55,182 nucleotides of DNA from Acutalibacteraceae bacterium (GCA_045649625.1 JAZRQG010000134.1:1-55182), one strand, 5' to 3'; numbered from the stretch's first letter, positions 27,204 through 40,127 are shown. Notes: generated by a model from the sequence alone, not told the origin. Numbers and translations are program-made.

Positions 27204-27937
27204 GTTCGTGCGGGTTGCACTGTTTGAAGATTTCCCATATCGGCGTTCAGGCGGACGGACACACATTGCTGAGTGACGTCAATCTGCATGTGCATTGCGG
27301 AGAGTTGACCGCTATCATCGGCCGAAACGGCGCGGGAAAAACGACACTGCTCAAGGCAATTTTGGGGGAGATCCCACACACCGGCAGCGTGGAGTTTTCC
27401 GGTCACAACGGAACCCCTGTGGCGGGTGGTAAGCCTCGCATAGGGTACGTGCCGCAATCCCTTTCCATCGATCGCCACACACCCGCGACGGTGTATGATC
27501 TCTTGTTGTCGCTGACTCAAGTCTATCCGGCGTTTTTCCCAAAACGTCGAAAAACGGTGGAAACGCTTCGAACACATCTGGGGCGGTTTCGCGCAGCGGA
27601 GCTGCTCGATCAACCGATCGGGCGGTTGTCCGGTGGCGAGCTGCAACGGGTATTGCTTGCCGCTGCCACCCTGCCGACACCTGACTTGCTTGTTTTGGAT
27701 GAGCCGGTTTCCGGTGTGGATCAAGCGGGTCTTAAAGAACTGTATGAGCTGCTGGATGCGTTAAAGGAGCAGGAGGATATGGTTATTCTGCTTGTATCGC
27801 ACGATCTTGACTATGTTCGTAACCATGCAAACAAAGTGGTTTTATTGGACAAGACCGTACAAGCCTTCGGCGCCCCCGACGACGTATTTGCTACCGAGGC
27901 GTTTCGTACCGCCTTCGCAGGAGGTGGTGCGCAATGA
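27200..27937 (+). CDS. znuC: Zinc ABC transporter ATP-binding protein
   Basis: Walker A GRNGAGKTT, signature LSGGELQR and Walker B LLVLDEP. The ATG at 27200 overlaps the znuA stop (ATGA) after AAAGGAGG. The track start at 27101 lies inside znuA. Confidence 0.88.
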   Translation: MSSCGLHCLKISHIGVQADGHTLLSDVNLHVHCGELTAIIGRNGAGKTTLLKAILGEIPHTGSVEFSGHNGTPVAGGKPRIGYVPQSLSIDRHTPATVYDLLLSLTQVYPAFFPKRRKTVETLRTHLGRFRAAELLDQPIGRLSGGELQRVLLAAATLPTPDLLVLDEPVSGVDQAGLKELYELLDALKEQEDMVILLVSHDLDYVRNHANKVVLLDKTVQAFGAPDDVFATEAFRTAFAGGGAQ

Positions 27938-28752
27938 TACAAGCCATCGGTGAATTGTTTATCTATGATTTCATGCGCCGCGCCCTCCTTGGGGTGTTGC
28001 TCATGATGCCGCTGTTTTCGCTGCTCGGCACCCTGGTGGTCAACAACGGCATGGCCTTTTTCTCGGATGCGCTCGGTCACTCGGCGCTGACGGGTGCGGC
28101 AATCGGGTTGCTGTTCGGGCTCGCGGATCCCGGTCCCGCGATGCTGATCTTTGCCATTGTGTTTGCGCTGTTGATGAACGCCATTCGACACTCGCGACTG
28201 TCCTCCACCGATACCGTCATCAGCGTGTTTGCCTCTTGCGGTCTGGCACTGGGGTTGGTACTGCTTTCAAAAAACAGCAATTTTTCCGGCTATCAAAGCC
28301 TGCTTATCGGCGATATTTTATCCATTACCGATACGCAACTGTGGATATTGGCGGGCACCCTGCTTGCGGTCGTGATCGTTTGGGTGCTGTGCTTCAACGG
28401 GTTTTTCGCCGTGGCGCTCAGCCCGTCACTTTCGCGCAGCAAGGGCTTGCCTACAGTGTGGCTCGATAACCTGTTTGTGGTCGTGATGGCGGCGGTCGTG
28501 ATGCTGTCGGTGCGTTTGGTGGGATTATTGCTCATCAACGCGATGCTGATCCTGCCGGCGGCTGCGGCGCGCAACGCCGCAAAAGGCTTGCGAAGCTACG
28601 TGTCCCTTGCGTTGATCTTTTCTCTGTTTTCCGGTTTACTCGGGTTACTCGTATCGTATCTGAATGCGATCGCGACGGGACCTACCATTGTGCTTATCGG
28701 TGCGGCGGTGTTCTTCGGAACGTTTTTCATCGCTCGCCGCGAAAAAGCATAA
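27934..28752 (+). CDS. znuB: Zinc ABC transporter permease (ABC-3 family)
   Basis: 272 aa and polytopic, with ABC-3 motifs (FFSDALGHSALTGAAIG). It overlaps znuC by 4 nt. Confidence 0.88.
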   Translation: MIQAIGELFIYDFMRRALLGVLLMMPLFSLLGTLVVNNGMAFFSDALGHSALTGAAIGLLFGLADPGPAMLIFAIVFALLMNAIRHSRLSSTDTVISVFASCGLALGLVLLSKNSNFSGYQSLLIGDILSITDTQLWILAGTLLAVVIVWVLCFNGFFAVALSPSLSRSKGLPTVWLDNLFVVVMAAVVMLSVRLVGLLLINAMLILPAAAARNAAKGLRSYVSLALIFSLFSGLLGLLVSYLNAIATGPTIVLIGAAVFFGTFFIARREKA

Positions 28753-28755
28753 AAG

Positions 28756-28783
28756 AACACCCGCTGTGAAAACAGCGGGTGTT
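28756..28783. terminator. Bidirectional terminator between znuB and the corC-like gene
   Basis: A 12-bp perfect stem, AACACCCGCTGT with ACAGCGGGTGTT, and a GAAA loop. Confidence 0.75.
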
Positions 28784-28786
28784 TGC

Positions 28787-29653
28787 TTATTCTTCAATTT
28801 CTTCTTTTTTAACGATGTGTACCAAGTCAATGCGGCGCTCATCCATTTTAAGAACGGTCAGCTCGACGTTTTTAAACAGAACAGTTGCGTGCTCCTCCTC
28901 AGTGGGAATTCGACCCAACTGATCGATGAGGAATCCGGCAAGCGTATCGTAATCGCCTTCCGGAAAATCCACGTCCAACAACTCGCCGACTTCGTCGATC
29001 GCCATGGCGCCGTCCACCTCAAAGGTGTTTTCGCCGGTTTGTTTGACCTCTTCTTCCTCGTTGTCGTATTCATCCTGAATATTGCCTACGATGGATTCAA
29101 GCAGATCTTCCATTGACACGATACCGGCAAGACCGCCGTACTCATCCACCGCCATGGCGAGCTGAATGTGCTTTTCGGTCATTTCCGCGAACAAGCCGTC
29201 ACAGCGCTTGGAGCCGGGCACGAAATGCGCCTTGTGCATCAGCGAGCGCAAGGTGAGATTCTCGGGAAGTGATTTGCCTACATACGGGAGCAGGTCCTTG
29301 ACATGCAGGATACCGATCACGTGGTCGAGGTCTTCTTCATAGATCGGCACGCGCGAAAATCCTTTTTCAATACTGATCGCCAGTGCATCCTGTACGGAAT
29401 CCTCCACGTCGACGGCTTCAACGTCGGTGCGAGGGGTCATGATGTCCTCCGCGGTCATTTCACTGAATTCGAAGATGTTGTTGATCATATCCTTCTGGGA
29501 TTCCTCAATGACGCCTTTTTCTTCACCGGCATCCACCAGTTCACGGATATCCTCCTCCGTGACGTTACGGCGGCGCGAGACCAAACGGGACATCGCTTTC
29601 CAGAAGTTAGACGGTGTGCTTGATAAATTACCGTCAGACGAAGGGTCGGGCAT
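28787..29653 (-). CDS. corC: CBS-pair + CorC_HlyC domain protein (CorC/YbeX-like, no DUF21 membrane domain)
   Basis: 288 aa with a tandem CBS pair (AEDIMTPRTDV ... HFVPGSKRCDGLFAEM ... MAVDEYGGLAGIVSMEDLLE) followed by the transporter-associated C-domain. Confidence 0.8.
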   Translation of the reverse strand: MPDPSSDGNLSSTPSNFWKAMSRLVSRRRNVTEEDIRELVDAGEEKGVIEESQKDMINNIFEFSEMTAEDIMTPRTDVEAVDVEDSVQDALAISIEKGFSRVPIYEEDLDHVIGILHVKDLLPYVGKSLPENLTLRSLMHKAHFVPGSKRCDGLFAEMTEKHIQLAMAVDEYGGLAGIVSMEDLLESIVGNIQDEYDNEEEEVKQTGENTFEVDGAMAIDEVGELLDVDFPEGDYDTLAGFLIDQLGRIPTEEEHATVLFKNVELTVLKMDERRIDLVHIVKKEEIEE

Positions 29654-29694
29654 GATTTTTAATTTCCCCTTTCAAAATTTCGGAATACACCCAC

Positions 29695-29723
29695 ACTATA
29701 CCGCACCGAAAGAGATTTGTCAA
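29695..29723 (-). promoter_or_regulatory. Candidate promoter of the corC-like gene
   Basis: On the minus strand: TTGACA (29723-29718), a 17-nt spacer, then TATAGT (29700-29695). Confidence 0.5.
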
Positions 29724-29795
29724 ATTTTCAGCCAAAAACAGGCGAGTTTTCCACCAAAGCCTGTTAAAAAATATCAGAAAAAGCCGTGGTTTCAC

Positions 29796-29824
29796 TTTAC
29801 ATGGGTCAAAATTTATGCTATGAT
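29796..29824 (+). promoter_or_regulatory. Candidate promoter of nifJ/PFOR
   Basis: TTTACA (29796-29801), a 17-nt spacer ending in TGC (extended -10), then TATGAT (29819-29824). Confidence 0.45.
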
Positions 29825-29877
29825 ATCCGGTGGTGTGTAATAACATTCATTTATTATCCTAAAGGGAGGAAATATTC

Positions 29878-33405
<3,528 letters not shown>

Positions 33406-33412
33406 GATTTTC

Positions 33413-33452
33413 AACAAAACGCAGCAAGGTATTTGCCTTGCTGCGTTTTGTT
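33413..33452 (+). terminator. Intrinsic terminator after nifJ
   Basis: AACAAAACGCAGCAAGG pairs with CCTTGCTGCGTTTTGTT (17-bp arms). Confidence 0.75.
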
Positions 33453-33476
33453 ATGAGCACCGAAGACAAAAAATGC

Positions 33477-33505
33477 TTGCTTTTTTGCGTGTTTTGTGAT
33501 AAAAT
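33477..33505 (+). promoter_or_regulatory. Candidate promoter of the moxR operon
   Basis: TTGCTT (33477-33482), a 17-nt spacer ending in TGA, then TAAAAT (33500-33505). Confidence 0.4.
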
Positions 33506-33545
33506 AATACAAATGCACATTCTTGTATAAGTGAGGAGAGTCATC

Positions 33546-34490
33546 ATGGGAAAGAATTACTATCAAATTGCGCTTGATATTCAAGAGCAAATAAAAACCG
33601 TGGTTTTGGGAAAAGATGAGGTCATCAAAAAAATCCTTGCCGCGACTCTGGCCGGAGGACACATTCTGCTTGACGACATTCCCGGTGTCGGAAAAACGAC
33701 ATTGGCGCTTGCCTTTTCCCGTGCAACGAGCATGGATTATCGCAGGCTTCAATTCACGCCCGACGTTCTGCCCACCGACGTGACAGGCTTTACGATCTAT
33801 GATAAGAAAACAGATGCTTTTCAGTATAAAGAGGGTGTGGCGTTCTGTAACCTTTTCCTTGCCGATGAGATCAACAGAACGTCGTCAAAAACCCAGTCGG
33901 CTCTTCTGGAGTTGATGGAAGAGGGTAAGATTACCGTTGACGGTGTGGTGCATCCCCTGCCCGATCCGTACGTTGTTATCGCGACGGAGAACCCGATCGG
34001 CTCTGTGGGTACGCAAATGCTGCCCGACTCACAGCTCGACCGCTTTATGGTGTGCGTTTCCATGGGATATCCCTCCATCGCGGACGAGGTTTCCATCTTA
34101 AAAGGGCGGCAAGACAAAAACCCGCTGGATTTGGTGCAAGCGGTTGCTGACAAAGAGGATATCAAGGCCATGCGCGAGTGCGTAAAGAACGTCTATATGC
34201 ACGACAAAATTTACGATTACATTGCCGCCATTGCGGACGAGACCCGAAAAAACGAAATGTTTAAGCTTGGACTCAGCCCGCGCGGAACGCTTACACTTGC
34301 CAGAATTTCGCGTGCCGTCGCCTTCCTGCGCGGCAGGGATTTTGTCATTCCCGATGATATTGCTTACATATTCCGCGACGTGGCGGGTCACCGCATCGTG
34401 TTGAGCCCCAAAGCGAAAATCTCCGGCCTTTCGGTCGACGATATTTTGACAAGTGTGCTTGAAAAGGTTCCGGTACCGAAACTGTCATAA
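33546..34490 (+). CDS. MoxR-family AAA+ ATPase
   Basis: Contains HILLDDIPGVGKTTLA (Walker A), LFLADEINRTSSKTQSALLELMEE (Walker B / sensor) and DRFMVCVSMGYP. The ATG at 33546 is 6 nt after GAGGAG. Confidence 0.88.
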   Translation: MGKNYYQIALDIQEQIKTVVLGKDEVIKKILAATLAGGHILLDDIPGVGKTTLALAFSRATSMDYRRLQFTPDVLPTDVTGFTIYDKKTDAFQYKEGVAFCNLFLADEINRTSSKTQSALLELMEEGKITVDGVVHPLPDPYVVIATENPIGSVGTQMLPDSQLDRFMVCVSMGYPSIADEVSILKGRQDKNPLDLVQAVADKEDIKAMRECVKNVYMHDKIYDYIAAIADETRKNEMFKLGLSPRGTLTLARISRAVAFLRGRDFVIPDDIAYIFRDVAGHRIVLSPKAKISGLSVDDILTSVLEKVPVPKLS

Positions 34491-34502
34491 GGAAGAGAGC
34501 AA

Positions 34503-35687
34503 ATGACAAAAGAAAAGCTTATCTATTTGGCGGTCGCTATTATTTCAGGCGTGTTTTTTATCCTTTACCGTGACATGCTCGCGCTTGTTTTGTTTTTGGT
34601 GATTCTGGCGATACCGTTTTTGCTTTTTATTTTTACCGTTTTGATGCGTCTGGGCATCCGCGTCCGCGTGGAGGCGGATCGAACGGTGTATTCGAGTGAT
34701 GACACGGCAACAGTAACGCTTGTAATCGCCAACTATTCCCTGCTCCCCGTTTCGCAAATAACGGTGCTTGCCAATTACAAAAATGCGTTTTTTAAGCGCC
34801 ACGACGTCGCGGAGTTTCAATTTTTTGCGCCGCCGCTTTCGAAAAATCGCTACGAAATCGAGGTTCGGTCGCGTCATGCGGGAAAAGTCGACATTTTGTT
34901 TAAAAAGGCGCGCGTTTTGGATTATTTCGGCGTGTTTTCCTTGCCGGTAAAAATGAAGAAGCGCTTGTCCGTCTCTTTCTTGCCGCGGGTGCATTCGCTT
35001 GAACCGACTTTGCGTAAGAACACCTACACCGCCAGCGAGACGAATTTGTATTCTCAGCACAAGCCGGGAGACGATCCGGCAGAGGTTTTTGCCATCCGAG
35101 AGTATGTTGACGGTGACAAGCTCAGTCGCATTCATTGGAAATTGACCTCAAAACAAGAGAAATACATGGTCAAGGATTACAGCCTGCCGATAAACGAGTC
35201 GGTTTTGATATTGCCCGAGCTTGTTTTCGATGAGGGGACCGAAACAGACCTTGATCTTATTGATGCGGTGTTGGAGATTGCCTTCTCGCTTTCGCACACC
35301 TTGATCGAACGCAAGACATTGCACGCTATCGGCTATTATAATGCCGAAGCAGATAAGGTTTGTACGCAGAAAATCAACGATCTTGACGATCTGTATTCGG
35401 TGTTCGGCGAGATCTTCAACACATCAACGTACTACAGCAAGCCCGTTTTGGCAGATATGGATCCCGAACTGCAACAGAACATGTCCCATGTGGTATATGT
35501 TTCCGCCAACGTGACGGGAGATCGCTGCAACGCCTTGTCAGCCGGCAAAAGTGAAGCGCTGCTTCACACGGTTATCAACGTGGTGGATGAGAACGCTGTT
35601 TGCGCCGAAATCGGCGGCGGGGGGCTTAACTGTATATCTGTGAAGAAAAGCGGCATCGTTCAGAGTCTTAACGATGCGGTTTTATAG
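34503..35687 (+). CDS. DUF58 (vWA-like) protein with an N-terminal 2-TM anchor
   Basis: REYVDGDKLSRIHWKLTSKQEKYMVKDY is the DUF58 signature. It is the standard partner gene immediately downstream of moxR. Confidence 0.8.
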   Translation: MTKEKLIYLAVAIISGVFFILYRDMLALVLFLVILAIPFLLFIFTVLMRLGIRVRVEADRTVYSSDDTATVTLVIANYSLLPVSQITVLANYKNAFFKRHDVAEFQFFAPPLSKNRYEIEVRSRHAGKVDILFKKARVLDYFGVFSLPVKMKKRLSVSFLPRVHSLEPTLRKNTYTASETNLYSQHKPGDDPAEVFAIREYVDGDKLSRIHWKLTSKQEKYMVKDYSLPINESVLILPELVFDEGTETDLDLIDAVLEIAFSLSHTLIERKTLHAIGYYNAEADKVCTQKINDLDDLYSVFGEIFNTSTYYSKPVLADMDPELQQNMSHVVYVSANVTGDRCNALSAGKSEALLHTVINVVDENAVCAEIGGGGLNCISVKKSGIVQSLNDAVL

Positions 35688-35695
35688 GAGTTGCC

Positions 35696-38107
35696 ATGAA
35701 AAACAAACGTGATCTTTCCGCCAGCAATGGAGTATCGATCTCCTATCGAATGGATGTTAACGAACGCATAAAGCTTCCTTTTTTTAACGAGATCCTACTC
35801 ACCCTTCTTGCCATAATGGCTTCCGTTGGCGCGATTATGACATTTGCGACTATTTTGGATTTTACGGTTACTCCGGGAATCATCATTTCGTTTGTCGCGG
35901 TGTTTTCGATCGCATATACGGTTTTGTATAAACTGATTAAAAAGCGGCGTGCCTTGGTGATTGCGGGAGCGGCGATTTTGGTGGGGCTTATAACGCTTTT
36001 GTTTTGGAAAGATATTTCAAAAGGCGTTGTTATTATTTTTGACCAGTCAAGGGACACCATCAACAAATTTATGTTCTGGGATACGGTCAAACCGACCTAC
36101 GCGTGGCGAGATGAATTTGTGTCTCTTACGAACACCGTCACCGTCCTGCTATCCTTGGTGCTTTGCTCGGCGATCAGCTATTTTACGGTGGTCAAGCAAA
36201 GCTTTATCGCTATTTTCCTTTTGACATTTCCGTTTTTCGAGATCGGTGCCGCGTTTGGTGCGGTCCCCGACTATCTGTATTTTTCGCTTATGCTGGCGTC
36301 ATGGGCTTCTGCGCTCACGGTTTCAAGAGCAACAAACGCGAAGATAAAAACGCGCCGTTCCAACGGAGAAAAGCAAAAAACGAACGTTGATGGGAATAAG
36401 CAGCGGTTCGCGGGAGTGGCGATTGTGGTTTCCGCAATCGTGGTCATTCTGTTTAGTGGCATAACGACGTATCTCAACGCAATCGGGTTTAGCCGCACCG
36501 AGAATATCGATCAGTTGCGGCACGACACCAAGTATGTGGTTGCGGATCTGTGGGATTATATCACCGGTAAGGACCACGACGGAAGCCTCAAAGAAGGACG
36601 GCTTTATGAGGTTGATGATCGCGTTGTTAAAAACAGGCATTATATCACCATGGAAACCACCATCAGCTCCACAAAGGAGCCGATAAAGCTAAAGGGATAT
36701 ACGGCCACCACGTATAAGGACAACTGCTGGAACCAGACCGATCAGTATGAACGGTATCAAGCTATGTTCGACGAGTTCGCCGAGTCTGCTTATATGATGG
36801 GTGACGCCACGGGCAGGTTGATTACCAGCAACCCGAGCTTTGCCGGAGACTTTTTCTCGGACATCACGCTTAGCGAATTCCGGCGCAAAAAGCCGTACGC
36901 CTATGCGACGTATTATGCGACCTTCACGTCCGATTTTACGTCGGTGTACGACAGCTACGTTGCTCCGCTTAACAACGATCAGTATACGTATCCTGCGTAT
37001 CTTTGGGAAGAATATCTTTACATGGTTGCTGAGTCGGCCGTGTATAAGACCACGGCCTATCAGGAGGCGTTTGCCGAATATAAGGATTTTGTCCATCAGG
37101 AATATATCAAATCGGATGTCACCGATTCGGTTCGCGCGCTGGCGATGAGCTTCGAGGCTTCGGATAAATTTCAGTATATCAATGCCATACGCCCGTTTCT
37201 CGAACAAAACATGGAGCACACCCAAAAATCGGGCAAGTGCCCCAAAGACGAGGATTTTGTAGAGAACTTTCTCTTTAATACCAAAGCAGGGTACAGCACC
37301 CACTTTGCGACGGCCGCCACCGTGTTGCTGCAAGCACGCGGATATCCCGCGCGATACGTTGAGGGATACTATATCCCTGCCGAGGTGTTTAACGCGACTC
37401 AGTCGGATAGCGTGCAGGAGTACAAAACCATTGATATTACCGACGCGTATGCACACGCTTGGATCGAGGTTTTTGATGACACGTACGGCTGGATCCCGGT
37501 GGAGGTAACGCCCGGCTATTGGAGCGGGGACATCAGCGCGCCCGCGCCCCCGGAGCCTGAGGAGCCCGAGCCGGAAACACCCGAAGAGGATTCCTCTGAG
37601 GGCGAGCAACAGATGGATTTTGAAATCGTTGACGAAGAGGTTGAGGACGAAGTTGCACAGGAGCCCTTTGTGCCGAAATCGATGCTTTGGGTTTGGGTAC
37701 TCGTGCTGATTGTGTTGGCTGCCGCGGTTGCGGCGTTTTACGTGTACCGGCTCATCCTTGCAGCGTCAAGAAAACGAATCTATGCCTCCCGCGATGTGAA
37801 CAAAAAGTTGAAGTTCGCGTATAAGCGGCTGGTTGCGTTGGCAACCTATCAAAAGATATCGGTTGGCAACGTCTACGATCACGCGAAGCTTGCTGAACGC
37901 ATAGGCGGCACGGGGTACTATATTACCGTGGAGACGGTCGAGTACATCTTAAATGTGTTGTTGAAGCACGCGTACTCCCGCCAGCCCGCCACCTTAGACG
38001 AAGCAAACGAGGTGTTGAGCGGGGTGCGCAACTACTCATACGCGATTTACGCGGGTCTGTCGAGACCCAAAAAGATACTATATAAATACTTGTGGAATCT
38101 CTATTAA
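35696..38107 (+). CDS. Polytopic membrane protein with an extracytoplasmic transglutaminase-like (Transglut_core) domain
   Basis: 803 aa with about 6 N-terminal TM helices, a large loop with GYSTHFATAATVLLQARGYPARYVEGY ... HAWIEVFDDTYGWIPVEVTPG, an acidic/Pro-rich linker and one more TM. It is the third gene of the MoxR-DUF58-TGase triad. Confidence 0.8.
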   Translation: MKNKRDLSASNGVSISYRMDVNERIKLPFFNEILLTLLAIMASVGAIMTFATILDFTVTPGIIISFVAVFSIAYTVLYKLIKKRRALVIAGAAILVGLITLLFWKDISKGVVIIFDQSRDTINKFMFWDTVKPTYAWRDEFVSLTNTVTVLLSLVLCSAISYFTVVKQSFIAIFLLTFPFFEIGAAFGAVPDYLYFSLMLASWASALTVSRATNAKIKTRRSNGEKQKTNVDGNKQRFAGVAIVVSAIVVILFSGITTYLNAIGFSRTENIDQLRHDTKYVVADLWDYITGKDHDGSLKEGRLYEVDDRVVKNRHYITMETTISSTKEPIKLKGYTATTYKDNCWNQTDQYERYQAMFDEFAESAYMMGDATGRLITSNPSFAGDFFSDITLSEFRRKKPYAYATYYATFTSDFTSVYDSYVAPLNNDQYTYPAYLWEEYLYMVAESAVYKTTAYQEAFAEYKDFVHQEYIKSDVTDSVRALAMSFEASDKFQYINAIRPFLEQNMEHTQKSGKCPKDEDFVENFLFNTKAGYSTHFATAATVLLQARGYPARYVEGYYIPAEVFNATQSDSVQEYKTIDITDAYAHAWIEVFDDTYGWIPVEVTPGYWSGDISAPAPPEPEEPEPETPEEDSSEGEQQMDFEIVDEEVEDEVAQEPFVPKSMLWVWVLVLIVLAAAVAAFYVYRLILAASRKRIYASRDVNKKLKFAYKRLVALATYQKISVGNVYDHAKLAERIGGTGYYITVETVEYILNVLLKHAYSRQPATLDEANEVLSGVRNYSYAIYAGLSRPKKILYKYLWNLY

Positions 38108-38276
38108 CGGCTTGTTGAGCGGCACCGTGTTCTGTTGAGCGCGGTGCTGCTTGCTTTGTGTCAACAGCAATAAGGGTTTTGCGACGCGCTCCCTCTCCCC
38201 CGTTTTGCAAATGATCGTTTTACGCTTTTTTAGAAGCAAGAGGCGCGCCCCCCTTTTAAAAAGAACAAATGTTCGC

Positions 38277-38292
38277 TGTTTCGCGCGAAACA
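38277..38292. promoter_or_regulatory. parS-like palindrome 1
   Basis: TGTTTCGCGCGAAACA is a perfect palindrome. It differs from the TGTTNCACGTGAAACA consensus by a symmetric pair of central changes. Confidence 0.5.
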
Positions 38293-38327
38293 CGTGCCGC
38301 CATAGGCAAAAAGCGACACAGACAAAA

Positions 38328-38343
38328 CGTTTCACGTGAAACA
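38328..38343. promoter_or_regulatory. parS site 2
   Basis: CGTTTCACGTGAAACA matches the Firmicutes parS consensus at 15 of 16 positions. Confidence 0.75.
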
Positions 38344-38376
38344 GTGCGGAGTGAGCAGAGCGGGGAGAAAAAACAG

Positions 38377-38392
38377 TGTTTCATGTGAAACA
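38377..38392. promoter_or_regulatory. parS site 3
   Basis: TGTTTCATGTGAAACA matches parS at 15 of 16 positions (central C to T). Confidence 0.7.
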
Positions 38393-38486
38393 TTTTTAGT
38401 TTTCACGCAAAAATATGTAAATTTCTCTTTTATATCGAGAAAAAGTGTGGTAGTATAGTGTTACGCAAACAAAAGAGGTGAGTTGC

Positions 38487-39248
38487 ATGGGCAAGGTTGT
38501 GGCGGTCGTCAATCAAAAGGGCGGCGTTGGAAAAACGACCACGACGGTCAATTTAACGTCAGCGGTCGGTGCTCTCGGCAAGCGGTGCTTGCTGGTGGAC
38601 TTGGATCCGCAGGGAAACGCGACCAGCGGCGTGGGCGTGAATAAGCGGCAAGAAATGATCTCAACATATGAGTTGCTGATCGGACAGGCCGAACCGCAGT
38701 TGGCGGTGCGTAAAACGCCTTATAAAAACGTGGACGTGTTGCCGTCGAGTATGCAGCTTGCGGGCGCAGAGATCGAAATGGTAGAGATCAGCCGCCGCGA
38801 AAATCGCTTAAAAGCAGTGTTGGCGCCGTTGCGCGAGCAGTATGATTATATTTTTATTGATTGTCCGCCGTCTCTCGGGCTGTTGACACTGAATGCGCTT
38901 TGTGCTGCGGATACGCTGCTTGTGCCGATTCAGTGTGAATATTACGCGCTGGAAGGGTTGTCGCAGCTGATGGCAACGGTACGACAAGTAAAGCGCTTAT
39001 ATAATTCCATGTTGGATTTAGAGGGCGTGCTCTTGACGATGTATGACGGTCGGTTGAACCTGACGCAGCAGGTGGTTGCTGAGGTTAAGCGATTTTTCCC
39101 GCGTAAGGTGTTTGCCACACCGATCCCGCGCAGTGTGCGCTTGTCCGAAGCGCCGAGCTTTGGAAAACCGATCAATTATTATGATAAAAATTCCAAGGGC
39201 GCCAAGGCATACGACGCGTTGGCGCAGGAATTTATAATAAGACGGTAG
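38487..39248 (+). CDS. soj: Chromosome partitioning ATPase ParA/Soj
   Basis: Has the deviant Walker A KGGVGKTTT, plus DLDPQGNAT and IDCPPSLG. The ATG at 38487 is 8 nt after AGAGG. Confidence 0.92.
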   Translation: MGKVVAVVNQKGGVGKTTTTVNLTSAVGALGKRCLLVDLDPQGNATSGVGVNKRQEMISTYELLIGQAEPQLAVRKTPYKNVDVLPSSMQLAGAEIEMVEISRRENRLKAVLAPLREQYDYIFIDCPPSLGLLTLNALCAADTLLVPIQCEYYALEGLSQLMATVRQVKRLYNSMLDLEGVLLTMYDGRLNLTQQVVAEVKRFFPRKVFATPIPRSVRLSEAPSFGKPINYYDKNSKGAKAYDALAQEFIIRR

Positions 39249-39258
39249 GAGGGGTACC

Positions 39259-40110
39259 ATGGCGAGTAAAATCGGAGGACTTGGCAAGGGCCTGGATGCA
39301 CTCTTTGCGGAAAATGCCGTAGAGGAGCAGGGGAAAACCGTTGCGATTCGTATTACGGACATTGAGCCCAACCGCGCGCAGCCGCGCAAGCAGTTTGATG
39401 AGGCGGCGCTCGGCGATTTGGCAGCATCCATTTCACAACACGGCGTGCTACAGCCGCTTTTGGTGCGCCCGTTGCCGAATGGACGGTATTCGCTGGTTGC
39501 CGGTGAACGTCGTTGGCGCGCTTCGCGCATGGCAGGGCTTACGGAAGTGCCCGTGGTGATTCGGGAAATGACCGATCAGGCAGCAGCAGAGCTGGCGCTG
39601 ATTGAAAATCTGCAGCGCGAAGACTTGAATCCGATGGAAGAGGCAATCGGTTATCGCACGCTGATGGATTCCTACGGTATGACGCAGGAAGAAGCGGCGC
39701 AGGCGGTCAATAAATCGCGTCCCGCGGTGGCAAACGCGCTTAGGCTGCTGAATTTGCCGGATGAACTGGCAGCGATGGTGCATAGCGGCACCTTGTCTGC
39801 GGGTCATGCGCGCACGTTACTCAGTTTTGAGACCAAAGAGGAGCAGTTGGCGGCGGCAAGAGCAACCGTGGAGCAGGATTTATCGGTGCGAGCACTGGAA
39901 AAAATGGCAAAAGCAGCTCGCAAACCGCGCGGCGAACGCGTTCCCGAGCGTCGGGATAGTTTCTACAGTGAGGTCGAAATGATCTTGTCGGAGAAAACGG
40001 GTAGAAAGGTACGCATACAGTCGAAAGGCGACGGGGGCACCTTGCAGTTGGAGTTTTACGGGAAAGACGATTTGGCGGATATCGCCAATCGTTTGGTACC
40101 GCAGGAATAA
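39259..40110 (+). CDS. spo0J: Chromosome partitioning protein ParB/Spo0J
   Basis: Has the ParB box GERRWRA, IENLQREDLNPMEEA, an HTH and a C-terminal dimerisation region. Confidence 0.92.
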   Translation: MASKIGGLGKGLDALFAENAVEEQGKTVAIRITDIEPNRAQPRKQFDEAALGDLAASISQHGVLQPLLVRPLPNGRYSLVAGERRWRASRMAGLTEVPVVIREMTDQAAAELALIENLQREDLNPMEEAIGYRTLMDSYGMTQEEAAQAVNKSRPAVANALRLLNLPDELAAMVHSGTLSAGHARTLLSFETKEEQLAAARATVEQDLSVRALEKMAKAARKPRGERVPERRDSFYSEVEMILSEKTGRKVRIQSKGDGGTLQLEFYGKDDLADIANRLVPQE

Positions 40111-40127
40111 GAAAGAGGGAAAAGATA

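Noticed and set aside
29737-29765. A hairpin, AACAGGC ... GCCTGTT, with flanking A/T runs between the corC-like and nifJ promoters. It could be a minus-strand terminator or attenuator.
   Set aside because: The stem is only 7 bp with a 15-nt loop. It lies upstream of the corC promoter rather than in a transcript leader. I could not fit an M-box or any other riboswitch architecture.
40111-40127. A T-box leader was expected upstream of serS.
   Set aside because: Only 17 nt separate parB and serS, so there is no room for a T-box. serS appears to be co-transcribed with parAB.
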